Positions 50,100 through 63,130 of a stretch of DNA of 64,000 nt are shown here, piece by piece. Each line of letters opens with the position of its first letter. The first letter of the stretch is position 1. Source of the DNA: Lama guanicoe (lineage: Eukaryota). The notes under the pieces are model-generated. The model had not been told where the DNA came from. It worked only from the letters and a program-made list of their open reading frames with translations, and did not search any database. The stretch covers positions 2,260,943 through 2,324,942 of the forward strand of contig MU053216.1 of the NCBI GenBank assembly GCA_013239625.1, in the 5' to 3' direction. The position numbers and the translations under genes were made by a program.

Positions 50100-51420
50100 A
50101 TGCGACATAAGGCATGGAATAGCTTCTCTTCGGAAAACAAGAACCAGTTCTGTCTACTGAAAGGAAGCAGTGCCCAGCCTAAGTGCGACATGTGCACCTA
50201 GAACCTAAAATCCACAGACCGTTTCCTGCTGAAGAGAACCCCGAAGATGCTTGGCTGGAAGGCTGTTCAGGTCTGGGGCAGAAAACATATGTATGCGACA
50301 CCTGAAATGTGTTATAAGACAAGACAGCCACGATCTATCAAAAAACGATGCAAGTAGTTTCAAAAGACCTCAAGACCCAGTTGAAGAGGCTCCCATGACT
50401 TAAGCTGAACACCAGTGAAAACAGTAGGTGCAGTGAACTGAAATACATTCAATGTTTACTTCCATGAGTTTATTGTCATACCAAAAAGAGACCTAACTGA
50501 TCATCATCGGAATATGTTAGGAAATGAATGAATGATTTTGGAAATGAGTGTGTAAAAAGAGAATCAAACACTTGTCCTGCCTCCCCCACACTAATGTAGC
50601 ACTGGATGGCGGAAGAGCAGAGCAGAGGAAGTTTCACTTATAATCGTAGTCCAGCTAATAAATGACGAGCGAGCTAGAATATCACCATTTTCTTCTCCAA
50701 TGAACTGCTTGATCTAACCACTGAGCATCAATATCTGCTAACGTCACAAAAAGAGAATCTGACATTTTTTGCCTTCTGATAAAACACCCCACCACCCATG
50801 AAACAGTCTTAGAAAAACACCTAATCCAAATCTGATCAAAACTCTAGATCCAACTAGCAATGTTCGGCGTGCACAGAAGACAGGGGGAGCTGTTCTAGGA
50901 CATAAAACCACCTGCGTTTCTGTACCACCACCACAACCAAAGCAAGAAGTAAAAGAGGGAGGAAGAAGCCGAGATACAGAAGAAAACTCACAATTAAAAG
51001 AAACTTAGAAACAAAAAACCAACTGTCACATATGGACTTCTCTAAGTTCTGACTCAGATAAACTATAAAACAGAACCATCTACAGCATTTAAGAGATAAC
51101 GGGAAGTTTGCGTGCTTACGGGGTATTAGATACTATTTTAACAATGACTGTTCATGTTTTAGCTAGGATATTGAGATTTTCATCACACTAACAAGTGAGT
51201 TCTTTTAGAGATATATACTGAAATGGAGAGATGACATAACAGGATGTTCGGGGTTTACTTCAGAAGTTCACAGGCTGGAGAAAGTATTATATGACCTACA
51301 CCATTACAGGCGAAGGCACAGAGCACCAGGGTTGATCACTGCTGAGGCTGTGTCATCAGTTTAAGGGATTCTATTATTTCATTTTCAAATACGTTGGAAA
51401 TTCTCAATAATTAAAAATAT
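50100..51420 (+). mobile_element. Ancient LINE-1 3'UTR (L1MC4/5-like)
   Basis: CCAGCTAATAAATG...AGAATATCACCATTTT...GAGCATCAA...GCTAACGTCACAAAAAGAGA...CTAGATCCAACTAGCAA...TTTTAGAGATATATACTGAAAT. Confidence 0.75.
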
Positions 51421-54399
51421 TTTCAAGAAATTAAAATAGTAATCTGCCTTTCCCTAGCCTCCCGATGACTGTTTTGTTCTTCAAGATCACTGTGCGAGGC
51501 AGTTAGCAGCATCACCAGCATTTTAAGAGCTTTCAGGAGTTTGGAGGATAACGTATATGGAATTAGAAATCTGAATACATGTGAAGTTGCCTTGTAGCTC
51601 TGAATCTGAAACAGACACGATTGATTTTCTCTAAGTAAACCCAGCTCTCACTGGGGCCAAGAGGGAAGCTACAGATAGACACTGCAAATATTATAGATTT
51701 GGAGTTCTCAGTAGCTGAGTTCATTGCTTTGTTAATGGGACAACATTATTTATTTCCTTTACACTGAATTAAAAAACCTACAGTGCTTGCTTTTCTCATT
51801 TTCACTAATATTATCTGGTAATAATTTTAAAGACATTTGACGGTTTCTACCTCTACTCTCCAATCTCTGTGAATAGTATTTCTTACGTGATGTTTGTTAG
51901 AGAAGAGAAATGTTACAATGAATTAAAAGTTAACCTCTGTTATCCCCTAACTTGAAGAGCTTACTGTGAAGCCGAAGATCTAGTTTCCCCTCCTCCCAGG
52001 ACGGCAGCAGCACATGTCCAGCTGCAAAATACTGGCGAGCACTGAATTTTCACTGAAAACCCCAAACACTGAATGCTTCATTTTTCTTTTCTTCCTTTTT
52101 CCCCAAGAAATCCCCTATCGTAGGAGCTATGTGATGCCCTTTGTGCCAGGATGCTTTGCATAACAATGGTCTCCCTTCAGTTTTCCAAGCGCACAAGAAG
52201 CGTCACTAAGGAAACCAGGCAGTAACAGCAACGGCAAAAAAGAAAATTGCCCGTTTTTCATTGAAACTGCTCTTATTCTTCCTCTAATTTTTAAAAGCAA
52301 TTTTATCTTTTTAAATGTAAATACTTGTAAGACTTAGAAAAAGATACCCAGTTATTAACATTTCAGGTATAATTATCACTCTTCCTAATCGTCACCTTTT
52401 CCATGGAGCGTTTTCTTTAGAACAAGTATCATCATATCCCAGCTCCTGTGGGCCCTCAGACATCTTCAAATAAACGTCCGTAGGTGGGACTCTCCGAGCA
52501 CAAAGGCTGAGTGAAATTAATGTTATTAATGTACCGAGGTGTGAAGTAGGACTTAACGGGGTTTCCATGAGGGACGCTGCTGACTGCGTGCGTTGAGCTG
52601 CGGCAGCTCTGTCCCAGGTGTCGCTTGCAGCCTCTCGGCAGCGAGGAAAGCCTGCAGCAGCGCCGGCACCGCGGGGGCAGAGCCCGCCGGGGCCTCCCGG
52701 CGCTCACGGCAGCTGCTGTGCTTCCGCGTCGGCATCGGAAGACGCGTGGCATGTGTGCCTGATCTTTTTCAGAAGCGAATACTGAAGAAATCAGTGGGAT
52801 GTTGCCAGCAGCCTTGCCTACGAGCCACTGCCTTTGAGAATTTTTGCAAGCCTTTAAAAGAACAGCCAGAGTGCATTCCATTTCTTATGAATTTCTTAGT
52901 TGATGGGAAGGACGTGAGTGTCCTCCTAGGGACTGGTAGACACAGCTAATACGCGAATCATTTTCTGCCTATCTGCATGTCTCTTAAGACTGTCACTAGA
53001 TTTGGAAGCATTTCAAAAGGTGCAACTTTCAGGGTGCTGAGGTCAAGCTACACTTGATCATGACAAGCGGGGTTCTGAGTTAAAACTTTAGAGCCCCTCC
53101 TGACCCTCCAGTTTATAAATCCTTGCTGAATTTAGAAATTTTGACTTGGTAAACCATCTTCAACCCACAGAAGTGATCCCCATTATGAACCATTTATCAG
53201 CGCATTCACTCATTTCCATCATGGGTCAGTCAATAATTATTTACTGAGCGTCTACTTTGTGCTGTAAGTACTGCATCACATGCTGGTCGTGCCCAAGATA
53301 AAACCACCCTGAAAGAACTCACAATCTACGGAGGATAGAAATATAGAAGCTTTGATCATGTACCTCTGGCAGCGAAGGAAAGAACAAACAATACTCCTTG
53401 GGAAATGATGCAGGCTTCCCAGAGAAGGGAACACTACCCTAAGCCTTAAGGAAAGAGGATTCTGTGAAAAGGAGCATTGGTACCTTTTACAGCGTGTTCT
53501 TTATCGTGCCAACGGGGCCTCTCTCTTCCTTGCCTCCTGCGAAAAAAACAGTAAAATAAAATCACAATTACAAGCTGGTAACACTGCCTTGATCTCAGGT
53601 GTCGAGAAATTCCATCTCCAGAAAGTCCCTGTTAAAATGTGAAGGAGATTGGCTCATTAAGTCTTTAATTCAACTTTTAATAACTCTCTTGTTCCATCAC
53701 ATGACTGCTAGGAGGTTCAAATGAGACGATCTTTGGGAAATCGCATTCTTGGTCAATTGTAAAGTACAACGCAAGTGTTCCTTATCTGTGATGTTATCAC
53801 TCTTGTCAGAGTAACACCATTTCTACTGCAGTAAGAATTGTAAAATGACTATAACTCAATAAAATGTGGTAAAAAATTATTTCATCAAATTCTTGGTCTC
53901 TGGCAATACAACTTGGAGAAAATTGAAAAAAAAAAAAACACAAATGGTTCTGAAATATTTTGTTACGTCAGAGATGATACTTCCAAAAACGCTCATCAGG
54001 GAAAACCATCGCAGGGAAGAACCCTTTGTGCTGCCAGCGACGAAAGTAGCAACAGGCTGGGGCAGCTGAGCTAGTTCAGAAATTACAGCGATTCCCACCT
54101 GATCGTCACGGGCTGGAATTTCGGGGCAGAGACACGCTCCCATGTTTCAAGGAGCTACTTTGTCCTTCGTTTGTTTTCTCCACCCACATGTCAGCTCCCA
54201 CGCAAAAAGTTACCCAGTGCCTAGCCTAAACCCATCCTTAGGGTGCCAACAAATTATATAGACACTCCAGAACAATTTTTGAAGGATTACATTTGATGAT
54301 ATTTCAATTAGAAGCATGGAAAAAGTTAAACATTAGAAACAAACTCGTAGCTTTACCTTAGGCTTAAGAAGTGTTTTTAACACTGGTGGGAAAGGTACT

Positions 54400-55020
54400 G
54401 CCAAGGTTTCAGTGTTTAAGGCTCCCGGAGGGTCTTCCATGCTCCCCCCCCCCGGGAGTTCAGCACCACGCTCACGGCATCCCGAAGCTCTCAGGACAGG
54501 CGTGGCGGCGCGGCTGCGCGAGCCCGGGGACGCGTGGTGCCACGGTCTCCGAGCAGCTCTGCCCGGGGGACTCAGAGCGAACACGCGGGGCCGGACGCGC
54601 AGGACAGGAGACTCGCAAGCCGCTCGCTCTGCAGCTCATGGCTCCTAATAAAAGGCCCCCATTTGAAAGAGACCCCGCCCCAAGGTTTCCCGTCCCCACC
54701 CCCTGCCACGCCCAAGAGCACGAAGCGGCCCACGGTTTGACGGGAGGCTCCCCGGGGGCACCCAGAGTGCGGGAAGACGCCCTTCCTACCTTTCTCCCGG
54801 TCTGCAGTCGCTTCCGAGCGGGTCGGGGGTGGGGACAGCCGCGTCAGGCCTCTGGGCCTCCCGTCCACCTGCGGGGGCGGAAGCCCAGGTGAGGGGAGGC
54901 CCCGCCCCCGCAGGCTCGGCGGCGCACGCGGCAGGGATGCGCCCAGGTGTAGACCCCCGGAGAGGCCGCGTGGGGCTAAAATTGGTGTGGGGATGTGGTC
55001 AACAGCACGCCCTGGCAAAC
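54400..55020. promoter_or_regulatory. CpG island-like segment with GC boxes; best promoter candidate in the window
   Basis: About 600 bp with dense CpG. CCCCGCCCC at 54673 and about 54900, GGGGCGG at about 54874. Not recognisably repeat-derived. Confidence 0.55.
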
Positions 55021-55342
55021 AGCAGGAGGTTCGAAGTAGCCAGTTCTCCCCCTGACATTTCTAAACTCACTACATTTCTTAAAACACCTCTCTCCTCTTG
55101 CATTTCTTTCTTTCACCCACAGTTGCTTCTTACTTCCGCGGGCAAAATTCTCCCAACTCCGGCCATCGCTCTCGTGTTTCTTCAGAGGCCCCTCTTCTCC
55201 GGCTTTACCGCCACGTGGAGGCCCTTAGCTATAATAATATCCTATCACAAAGCCCAAGATGAATCAGCTGGTATGGAAGCCACAGAACTTTCCTTAGTGT
55301 GTGCAGAAGCCGGGAGCCCTGGGAGGGAAAATCTAAACTTTT

Positions 55343-55686
55343 TTTTTACACTTTTAATATTTATTTATTTATTGTTAAATTGAAGTATAGCTGATTTACA
55401 ATGCTGTGTTAGTCTCAGGTGTACAGCATAGTGATTCAGTTATACATACATATATATTCTTTATCAGATTCTTTTCCATTATAGGTCATTACAAGGTATG
55501 GAATATAGTTCCCTGTCCTACACAATAGGCCCTTATTGTTTATTTTATATATGGTAGGGTGGATCTGCTAATCTCAAACGCCTGATTTATCCCTCCCCGC
55601 CACCACCTTCCTCTTTGGTAACGGTAAGTTTGTTTTCTATGTCTGTGAGTCTCTTTCTGTTTTGTAAATAAGATCATTTGTATCAA
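55343..55686 (-). mobile_element. Short LINE-1 3' tip with a perfect 16-bp target-site duplication
   Basis: GAAAATCTAAACTTTT at 55327-55342 and 55687-55702, followed by AA (TTTT/AA endonuclease site). Body TTGAAGTATAGCTGATTTACAATG... Confidence 0.96.
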
Positions 55687-57379
55687 GAAAATCTAAACTT
55701 TTAATGTTTCGGACAGAAAATAATTTTCATCCCAGCACGGCTGTCACTCCCAAAAGCTGAAGGTAGGGGCCCTGAGTAAATGACATGTGACAGGCACATA
55801 TTCTTTGGGTGCAGATGACACTGAGACTATGGCACCGTCCAGAGTCGTGACCCCGGTCAGAGCCACCACTGGCTGGAAACCTGCTGTGTGCCGGGGAGTT
55901 CTCTGTATCGTGCTTGTAGTCAGAGTGGTGCCGTGGGATAGGCATAACTACCCCTGCCTTGCAGGTGAAGAGCTATAGAAGTCGGGGAGGCTGATTACCA
56001 GGGGCAGGCCAGCGTGCTTCCCCGTAAGTCGCGCTGTTTCCCCGGGGAGAGTGTGAGAGGCTGTGGGAGCTCCTGCGATAGACAGAACTTTGCCAAAAGC
56101 AGCAGCCCCCATCTGCCCCGTGTGCCAGGCCCGGCCCAGCCTATCTGCAGACTCTGGGACAGTCTTCGCCCTGCCCCTGTAGGATAGGGGCTCGCCCCTC
56201 TCCTAGCAGCCTTCTGTGTCTGATCCCCAGCACAGGCTGCAAAGGTGCAAACAGCCACCGGGGTGGCGACCACCCACTCCGGCTTTGGCGAGGGTGGGGG
56301 GAGGTACCTGATGTGGTGAGAACCAGAAAGGGGTCCTCCTGCTCCTGCTCCACCCCTGCCCCGCCTGCAGCCGTGAAGGCTCACACTTCGCCTAGGGGTG
56401 AGGGGTCTAAATCTCCAGAGGCCATTCTTTGAGTTTTAAAACAAAACAATAAAAAGGCTCTGTAAGCCCTAACACCTTTTACACATCTTGTAGTTAAAGA
56501 GAAGGAAGAGAAGTGTGCGCCCCTAGCAAGACACCTACCTACCTTCCACTACAGCCTCTTCCATTTCCCTTCCAGCCCCGTTTTCCCTTCACAGCCCTCC
56601 AGCAATATTCTTAGTTAGGGATCAGTATTTCCTTCTTTCGAAATAAGTAGTGTAAACCCTCCCATGTTCCACCTTCACGGAAGGACCTAGAAACACATGA
56701 GTTAAAGGCAGTTCGGTTTCTGTTTTTCATACCGAAGTGATTCTTACAAAACCCAGTTCACTGGACGATTAATGGCCCTTTTCTCACGCTTTACAGTATA
56801 AGCTGATCACCACTCTGAGTCCGAGAAAACACATCCCGGTGTAGAATTGCACAATTACATGCGACTTGAGAAACGCGTGCTTTCCTTTGACGCTCTGGTC
56901 CGCCGCGGTGGGGGCAGGGCGCGGGGCCTGCCGGGCCGGCAGGTGCTGCAGGACAGGGAACTGCATCCTGTTCCTCCAAACGTGCTGGACCACGGGCTGA
57001 GACCCCGGAAGCACGCACCCCACGGGCCCCTCTGTCGCCCCCACGTGGACAGAAGGTGTATCTGCACGTGAACAGTCTGGATGTGACACCGCGTGGAAGC
57101 CCCATCTTTCTGGGGGAAAAGGTGCTGAGCTCCCCCCTCACCCGCCAACCACACTTGGTTTCATTTGGAAGTTGCTGACGTATCACTTTTTGGTACACAT
57201 TAGAAACTTGTGTTTCTGTTTAAACCCAAGCACAGGGAAATCGTGTGTTCCCTGAAACAGGAAAAATTCCAAGAAAAGTCCACGTCATACAGGGATTTAA
57301 AGCGGTTAAGCAAAGGCGGCTGCTGTGTCTACAAAGCTGGCCGCGTCTTCTGCTCTAAAGCAGGCTGGCAGAGCTCCCC

Positions 57380-57532
57380 GGGAACGTTCTCTGTGGCTGC
57401 CGCTCGCTGTGGCAGCCACGGGCCACATGTGGCTGCTGAACTAGTCTGACCGAGGAACTGAAATTTTAATGAAATTAAATTTAAATGTATACAGCCACAT
57501 CTGGCAAGTGACTACCACATTGGACGGCTCAG
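57380..57532. mobile_element. MER3-like hAT-Charlie DNA transposon
   Basis: GCAGCCACGGGCCACATGTGGCTGCTGA...GAGGAACTGAAATTTTAA...CAGCCACATCTGGCAAGTGACTACCACATTGGAC. Confidence 0.8.
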
Positions 57533-58017
57533 TTCTGAAATGCAGGGAGTGCGTGTTTAACATCCAGTGGAACGAACCTATGAGAAGAACATGCGCAAAT
57601 GTGCTGTGGCTTCTCCACCACTGACTGAGCACACGGCGCCTCGCACCAGGGGGCGGGGAGGCTGCCCACGCCCGCCGCGCAGGAGGACGCATCCCACGGC
57701 TGCTTGGCCATTCCTCGGAGGGAAGCAAACCAGCCCAAGTCTGAACAGACGCTGACTCTTTCACTCAGTCTCCCTTCTAACTTCCCGCCTTACCCATGAA
57801 CGTAAGGGGGCTTGGCAGAAGACCTTCCCAGGTGAGGGAGGGCTTGGCTGTCCGTTTCTACTCTCCCCATCGTTTCTGAAAGACAGCTCGTATGAAAGAG
57901 TTGAAAAGGCATGCAAACAATTTCCACAAAAGATAACTCTCTTTGTTTTCATTCACTTACTGTTCTTTGTCTCATTTTTCCTTTCCAGGGCTAATTATCC
58001 TCTTTCTGGCTTAAGGA

Positions 58018-58405
58018 TCATATTAATTTTTTAGGGCTGCAATAACAAAATTTGATAAACCAGGGGGCTTAAGCACAGCTCTGGAGGCTGGAAGTCCAAA
58101 GTCAAGGTGCCTGTGGGTTAGTTTCTTCTGCAGCCTCCCCTTGGCTTGCGGACGGCTGCTCTCCGCAGCCTCTTTACAGGCTCTTTTCTCTGTGTGCTGC
58201 ATCCCCGGTACGTCTTTATGTCACAGTCTCCTCTTCCTACCAGGACACCAGTTAGATTGGATTAGGCTCCACTCTCAGGGCTTCATTTTAACGTAGTAAC
58301 CTCTTTAAGGTCTGTCTCCAAATACAGCCACATTTTGAGGAACTGGGGGAGGGGAGGGCTTCAACATGTGGATTTGGGGAGGAAACACAATTTAGTCCAT
58401 AGTAT
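58018..58405 (-). mobile_element. MaLR solo LTR, MLT1B-like
   Basis: TAGGGCTGCAATAACAAAA...CTGGAGGCTGGAAGTCCAAAGTCAAGGTG...GGACACCAGTTAGATTGGATTAGG...TCTCCAAATACAGCCACATT...ACACAATTTAGTCCATA. Confidence 0.9.
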
Positions 58406-58619
58406 TGTTTGTAAGTAATGCTCTATTGTTTGAAGAGTTATACATTTCTTGGCTTTTATTTTCATGCTTCAATTAAGAGTAAAGAACCATCTATCTTTGG
58501 CCATTATCTTTCTGACTTAACAAGTAGGCATGTGCCTAATACACAGAAATGGAAATCTCTTATTTGTTCTAATTCATTAATATAGGATTAAAATGTACTG
58601 TTTATCTACCTAATGCTTC

Positions 58620-60778
58620 TTTTTCTTTATTTTTTTTAAACATTTTTGATTGAAGTATAGTTAAATTACACTGTTGTGTTAGTTTCAGGTGTACAGCAAA
58701 GTGATTCAGTGATATATATATGACTATATATATTCTTTTTCAGATTCCTTTCCATTATAGGCTGTTACAAGATACTGAATACAGTTCCCTGTGCTCTACA
58801 GTAGGGCCTTGTTGTTTATCTGTTTTATATATAGTGCTGTGTGTCTGTTAACCCCCAAACCCCTAATTTATCTGCACCCCCACCCACCTGCACTTTCCTG
58901 TTTGGTTACCATAAGTCTGTCTTCTATGTCTGTGAGTCTGTTTCTGTTTTGTAAGTAAGTTCATTTGTGCCATTTTTTAGATTCCACATATAAGTGATGA
59001 GACATGATATTTGTCTTACTTCACTTAATATGACCATCGCCAGGTCCATCCAAATTGCTGCAAATAGCATTATTTTGTTCTTTTTTTATGGCTGAATAGT
59101 ATTCTGTTGTTTATACACACCACATCTTCTTTATCCATTCATCTATTGATGGACACTTAGGTTGCTCCCATGTCCTGGCTACTGTAAATGTGCTGTTGTG
59201 AACATTGGGGTACATGTATCTTTTTGAATTATAGTTTTCTCTGGATATATGCCCAGGAGTGGGATTGCTGGATCATATGGTAATTCTATTTTTAGTTATT
59301 TAAGGAACTTCCATACTGTTCTCCATAGTGGCTGCACGAATTTACATTCCCACAACAGTATAGGAGGGTTCCCTTTTCTCCACACCCTTTCCAGCATTTT
59401 TTTGATCACGGCCATTCTGACTGGTGTCAGGTGATACCTCGCTGTAGTTCTGATTTGCCTTTCTCCAGTAATTAGCAATACTGAGCACTTTTTCATGTGC
59501 CTGTTGGGCATCTTTATGTCTTCTTTGGAGAAATGTCTATGCAGGTCTTTTGCCTGTTTTTTGATTGGCTGATTATTTATCTTTCTGCTATTAAGCTATA
59601 TAAGCTGTTGATATATCTTGGAAATGAATCCCTTGTCAGGCACATCATTTGCAAACATTTTCTCCCATTCTCTAGGTTGACTTTCATTTTGTTGATCATT
59701 TCCTTTGATGTGCAAAAGCTTTTAAGTTAATTAGGTCCCATTTGTCTAGTTTGGCTTTTACTTCCACTACTAAGAGACAGATCCAAAAAAAATTGCTGCA
59801 ATTTACATCAAAGGATGTTTTACCTATGTTTTCCTCTAGAGGTTTTATAATATCCGATCTTACATTTAGGTGTTTAATCTATTTTGAGTTTATTTTTGTA
59901 TATGGTGTTAGAGAATGTTCTAAGTTCATTCTTTTCCACCGAACTGTCCAGTGTTCCCAGCACCACTTACTGAAGAGACTGCCTTCTCTATGTTGTATGT
60001 TCCTGCCTCCTTTGTCACAGATTAATTGACTATAAGTATGTGGGTTTATTTCTGGACGTTCTATCCTGTTCCCTTGATTTATGTATCTGCTCTTGTGCCA
60101 GTACCACGCTGTTTTGATTACTGTAGCTTTGTGTTTTCATCTGAAATCAGGGAGTGTGATTCCTCCAGCTCTGTTCCTCTTTCTCAAGATTTTTTTGTTT
60201 ATTTGGGGCCTTCTGTGTTTCTATACAAACTTTAAAATGTCTTGTTCTAAGAATGTGGAGAATGCCATTGGTAATGTGATAGGGATTGCATTGACTCTGT
60301 AGATTGCCTTGGCCAGGCTCCTGTCAAATTACTGCTTTTGTCCTGGGTCCCAGTGCATGTGAGATTTTGTGTGGCCCTTTAAGAGTGAAGTCTTTGTTTC
60401 CCCTCCTGTGGGGCTCCTTTAGCTAAGCCCCATTGGCCTTCAAAGCCAAATGCTCTGGGTGTTCATCTTCCCAGTGCCAGATCCCCAGGCTGGGGAGCCC
60501 GATGTGGGGCTCAGAACTCTTGCTCCTGTGGGAGAAGCTCTGCAGTATAATTATTTTCCAGTTTGTGGGTCACCGACCCAGGGGGTATGGGATTTGATTA
60601 TATCACGAGTCTGCCCCTCTCACTGTGGTCCCTTCTTTATGTCTTTAGTTGTAGATCTTTTCTGGTAGGTTCCAGTCTTTTCCCTCCATGGTTGTTCTGC
60701 AGATAGTTGTGACTATGGTGTGCCGGTGAGAGGAGGGGAGCTCAGGGTCTTCCTACTCCAGCGTCTTGGCTGCTCCCC
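58620..60778 (-). mobile_element. Internally deleted LINE-1: 5'UTR (60313-60778) fused to ORF2 3' portion + 3'UTR + T-rich tail (58620-60312)
   Basis: Minus strand begins GGGGAGCAGCCAAGACGCTGGAGTAGGAAGACCCTGAGCTC (L1 5' end) and jumps to CCAAGGCAATCTACAGAGTCAATGCAATCCCTATC (KAIYRVNAIPI). ORF 59296..59511(-) [14 protein letters not shown]...[18 protein letters not shown]. Confidence 0.93.
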
Positions 60779-62829
60779 AGAGAGAAGTTTGAATAAAATA
60801 TTAGATGTGAAGGTGCCTGGCACAAAGAACTAAATCTGGAGATTAATCTAAAGTCTCTCCCACAACTAAAGCGTTATGGAAGTGCTCGATTGTTGTCAGT
60901 CTTCCACAAAATAAAATCATTCTACCTGCTGAATTTACAGCATGCACAAGTTATTCTCTGCTTAATGAATATTCATTACTGACCTAGATTGCAAGCTCCT
61001 CACAAGAGGAGCTAAAAAGGGGCACGCACTGTGAATGGAGTCATCGAGAAAGAAGAAGTAGGTCTAAATATTGGCAGAATCCTAACCGGTGGACCTCGTC
61101 TTATTCCTCCAACGCATTTGAAAACTTTCTAGGCAGTGCGCTTAACATGTCTTTTTGCTGAAAGGTAACTTTGATGGCTGCTGTCAGGTGATCTCTGTCA
61201 TCCATCAGAGCAATCTGGCTCCACGTCACAGAAAATACAGGAGTTGAAATCCCAAGAAAACTCAACTATTCAATCAAGTGGTGACAAACATACTAATTTA
61301 ACATCACTGGCCCACGGAGAATACCATACTGTCTTCAGAGAAGAAGAACGGAACCATCAATTATGGCAGCTGAGTAGTAATCTGGGCCATAACACTGCAG
61401 TGGGAAACTCAGCTTGCAGTACACTGATGAAGCCTTCAAGTCAAGAAATGCATCGTGGAAGACAAAACCAAATGGGAAAAAGAAACTTGAAAGACCTGTA
61501 GTAACGCGTCGACAGAGAAGACATAGTATGGAGTGTAACAGAATCAGGAGGCCAGGGTAATGGTTCTTGACTGTCAGTTATCTTCGAAGAGCATCATACA
61601 ATTGGATTGCCATAAACTGCACTGGATCTAATTCATGCTCTTCTGGCTTTTCATGCTTATTTTTCCCTCAGAGAGAAAAATCAAACAGACACATTATTAG
61701 AAAAAAGAAAGCAGAACCTCACTGTTGTATGGAAGGTGTTAAAAATAAAAATATTAACAATGAATTTACTTCTATCCCAAATTTCAGGGATATCAATTTG
61801 CTTCTTAAACATTTAATTTTACTGTGCCAAATTCTAAGTGATGGGAGTTTGTGGTTTAAAGCATTTAGTTTCCCTTAACACCACTGTAACAGCTGATACT
61901 TGTGATTAATAATATATATCTTTTAAATCAATGTTTTATCATCATATTAAAATTGTGTTTTTAAAGAGCTTACGCTCCCTTGGCTAGAATTAGTTAATTT
62001 ACACTAATGATGCTTTGATTAAGAGAATTTCTTTTTCTTTGGATGTAGCTGGTGTTTAGAAAATTTGTTTAACAGCTCGATATTAAAATTACATTTTATT
62101 AATTGGAGCTGGGATTTGATTTCTTGCATGTTAAATGTGGTAGCTCCTGGAAACATCACTTAGACCATTGCTGGTTTACTGCACAGGTTGGTTAAGGTCA
62201 AGGAGACCAAATCCCAGCTTAGCTTTCAGAGATGACAGATCATGTCTGTTCTGATCAGGGAAGCACCATGGGTATAAAGGAGTCCTCTCTCTGGGCTCAC
62301 ACCACTTTGCTATTTTAAGATCTTCAATATTTTATGTATTGTGCATTTGTCAGATGGGGAGATGCTTTCCCCCGCTGAAAAGGCATTTTTACTGAGGAAG
62401 CTGTAGTCAAAAATAAGAGCTTATGTTCCAGTTAGTAAGCGTTGACCAAAACTGTAAACATACAAGGCCTATTTATGCAAGGGAAATAACCTAAACATAG
62501 CTGTAACCCATGAATTAGTTTTTCACCTTGATTTTTGCCTTTATAGTGTATTTTTTCTTAAAAACAGAATGATCTTGAAATTAAATATATATATAATAAT
62601 TCTTTCAAGTAAAAAAATCAGTATTTAAGGCTATTTTTAATTCTGTAGCTTTCTGTGTTTAATCGCACAATTTTCTAATTGTGCCTTCCATAGAAGTGTC
62701 ACTCCGATTTCTCATGCCACCCCAAGGTGCGAGTTCAGGCCGGGGAATTTGGCTGAAAGACTAGTCATGATAAAAAGACAAGTGAGGGAAAAGAACAAGC
62801 TGAGCTTTCTCTGTCACATCATCTCCCTC

Positions 62830-63130
62830 TTCGGGCGAAAGCCCCTAGAACAGAAGGGCCGGGCTCCTGGCCCCGCCTGCCGCCCCGGCCCCTTCGCGTT
62901 CTCTGTTCTCTGGGGCGGGAGGCCGGCACGGCAGCAACGGTGGCTCAGGAGCCCGCTCGCTCGCCCCAGGGCCGGGAGGCCGGCCGGCTGCTTCCCCTGG
63001 CGTAGCCCCTCGAGGAGACCACGGCCCCAGCGGCAGTGCTGCCCCTAAGTACCTGTGTGGCTGGCTTGCGGCCCTGCTTAGGGACCTGGGTTTCGTCTCC
63101 CTGTAGTTTGACCACTAGTGCGCGCGGGGA
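62830..63130. promoter_or_regulatory. Small CpG-rich patch
   Basis: Dense CpG with GGGGCGGGA at about 62912, set in AT-rich flanks. Function not demonstrated. Confidence 0.4.

Noticed and set aside
54371..55383. 173-aa and 184-aa ORFs over the CpG island
   Set aside because: Same GC artefact. Non-ATG starts, and the second ORF runs into an L1 tail.
60300..60325. Spliced L1 RNA as the origin of the 5'UTR-ORF2 fusions (also at 38388)
   Set aside because: In-window ORF2 copies show no AG immediately upstream of either join, so deletion fits better.
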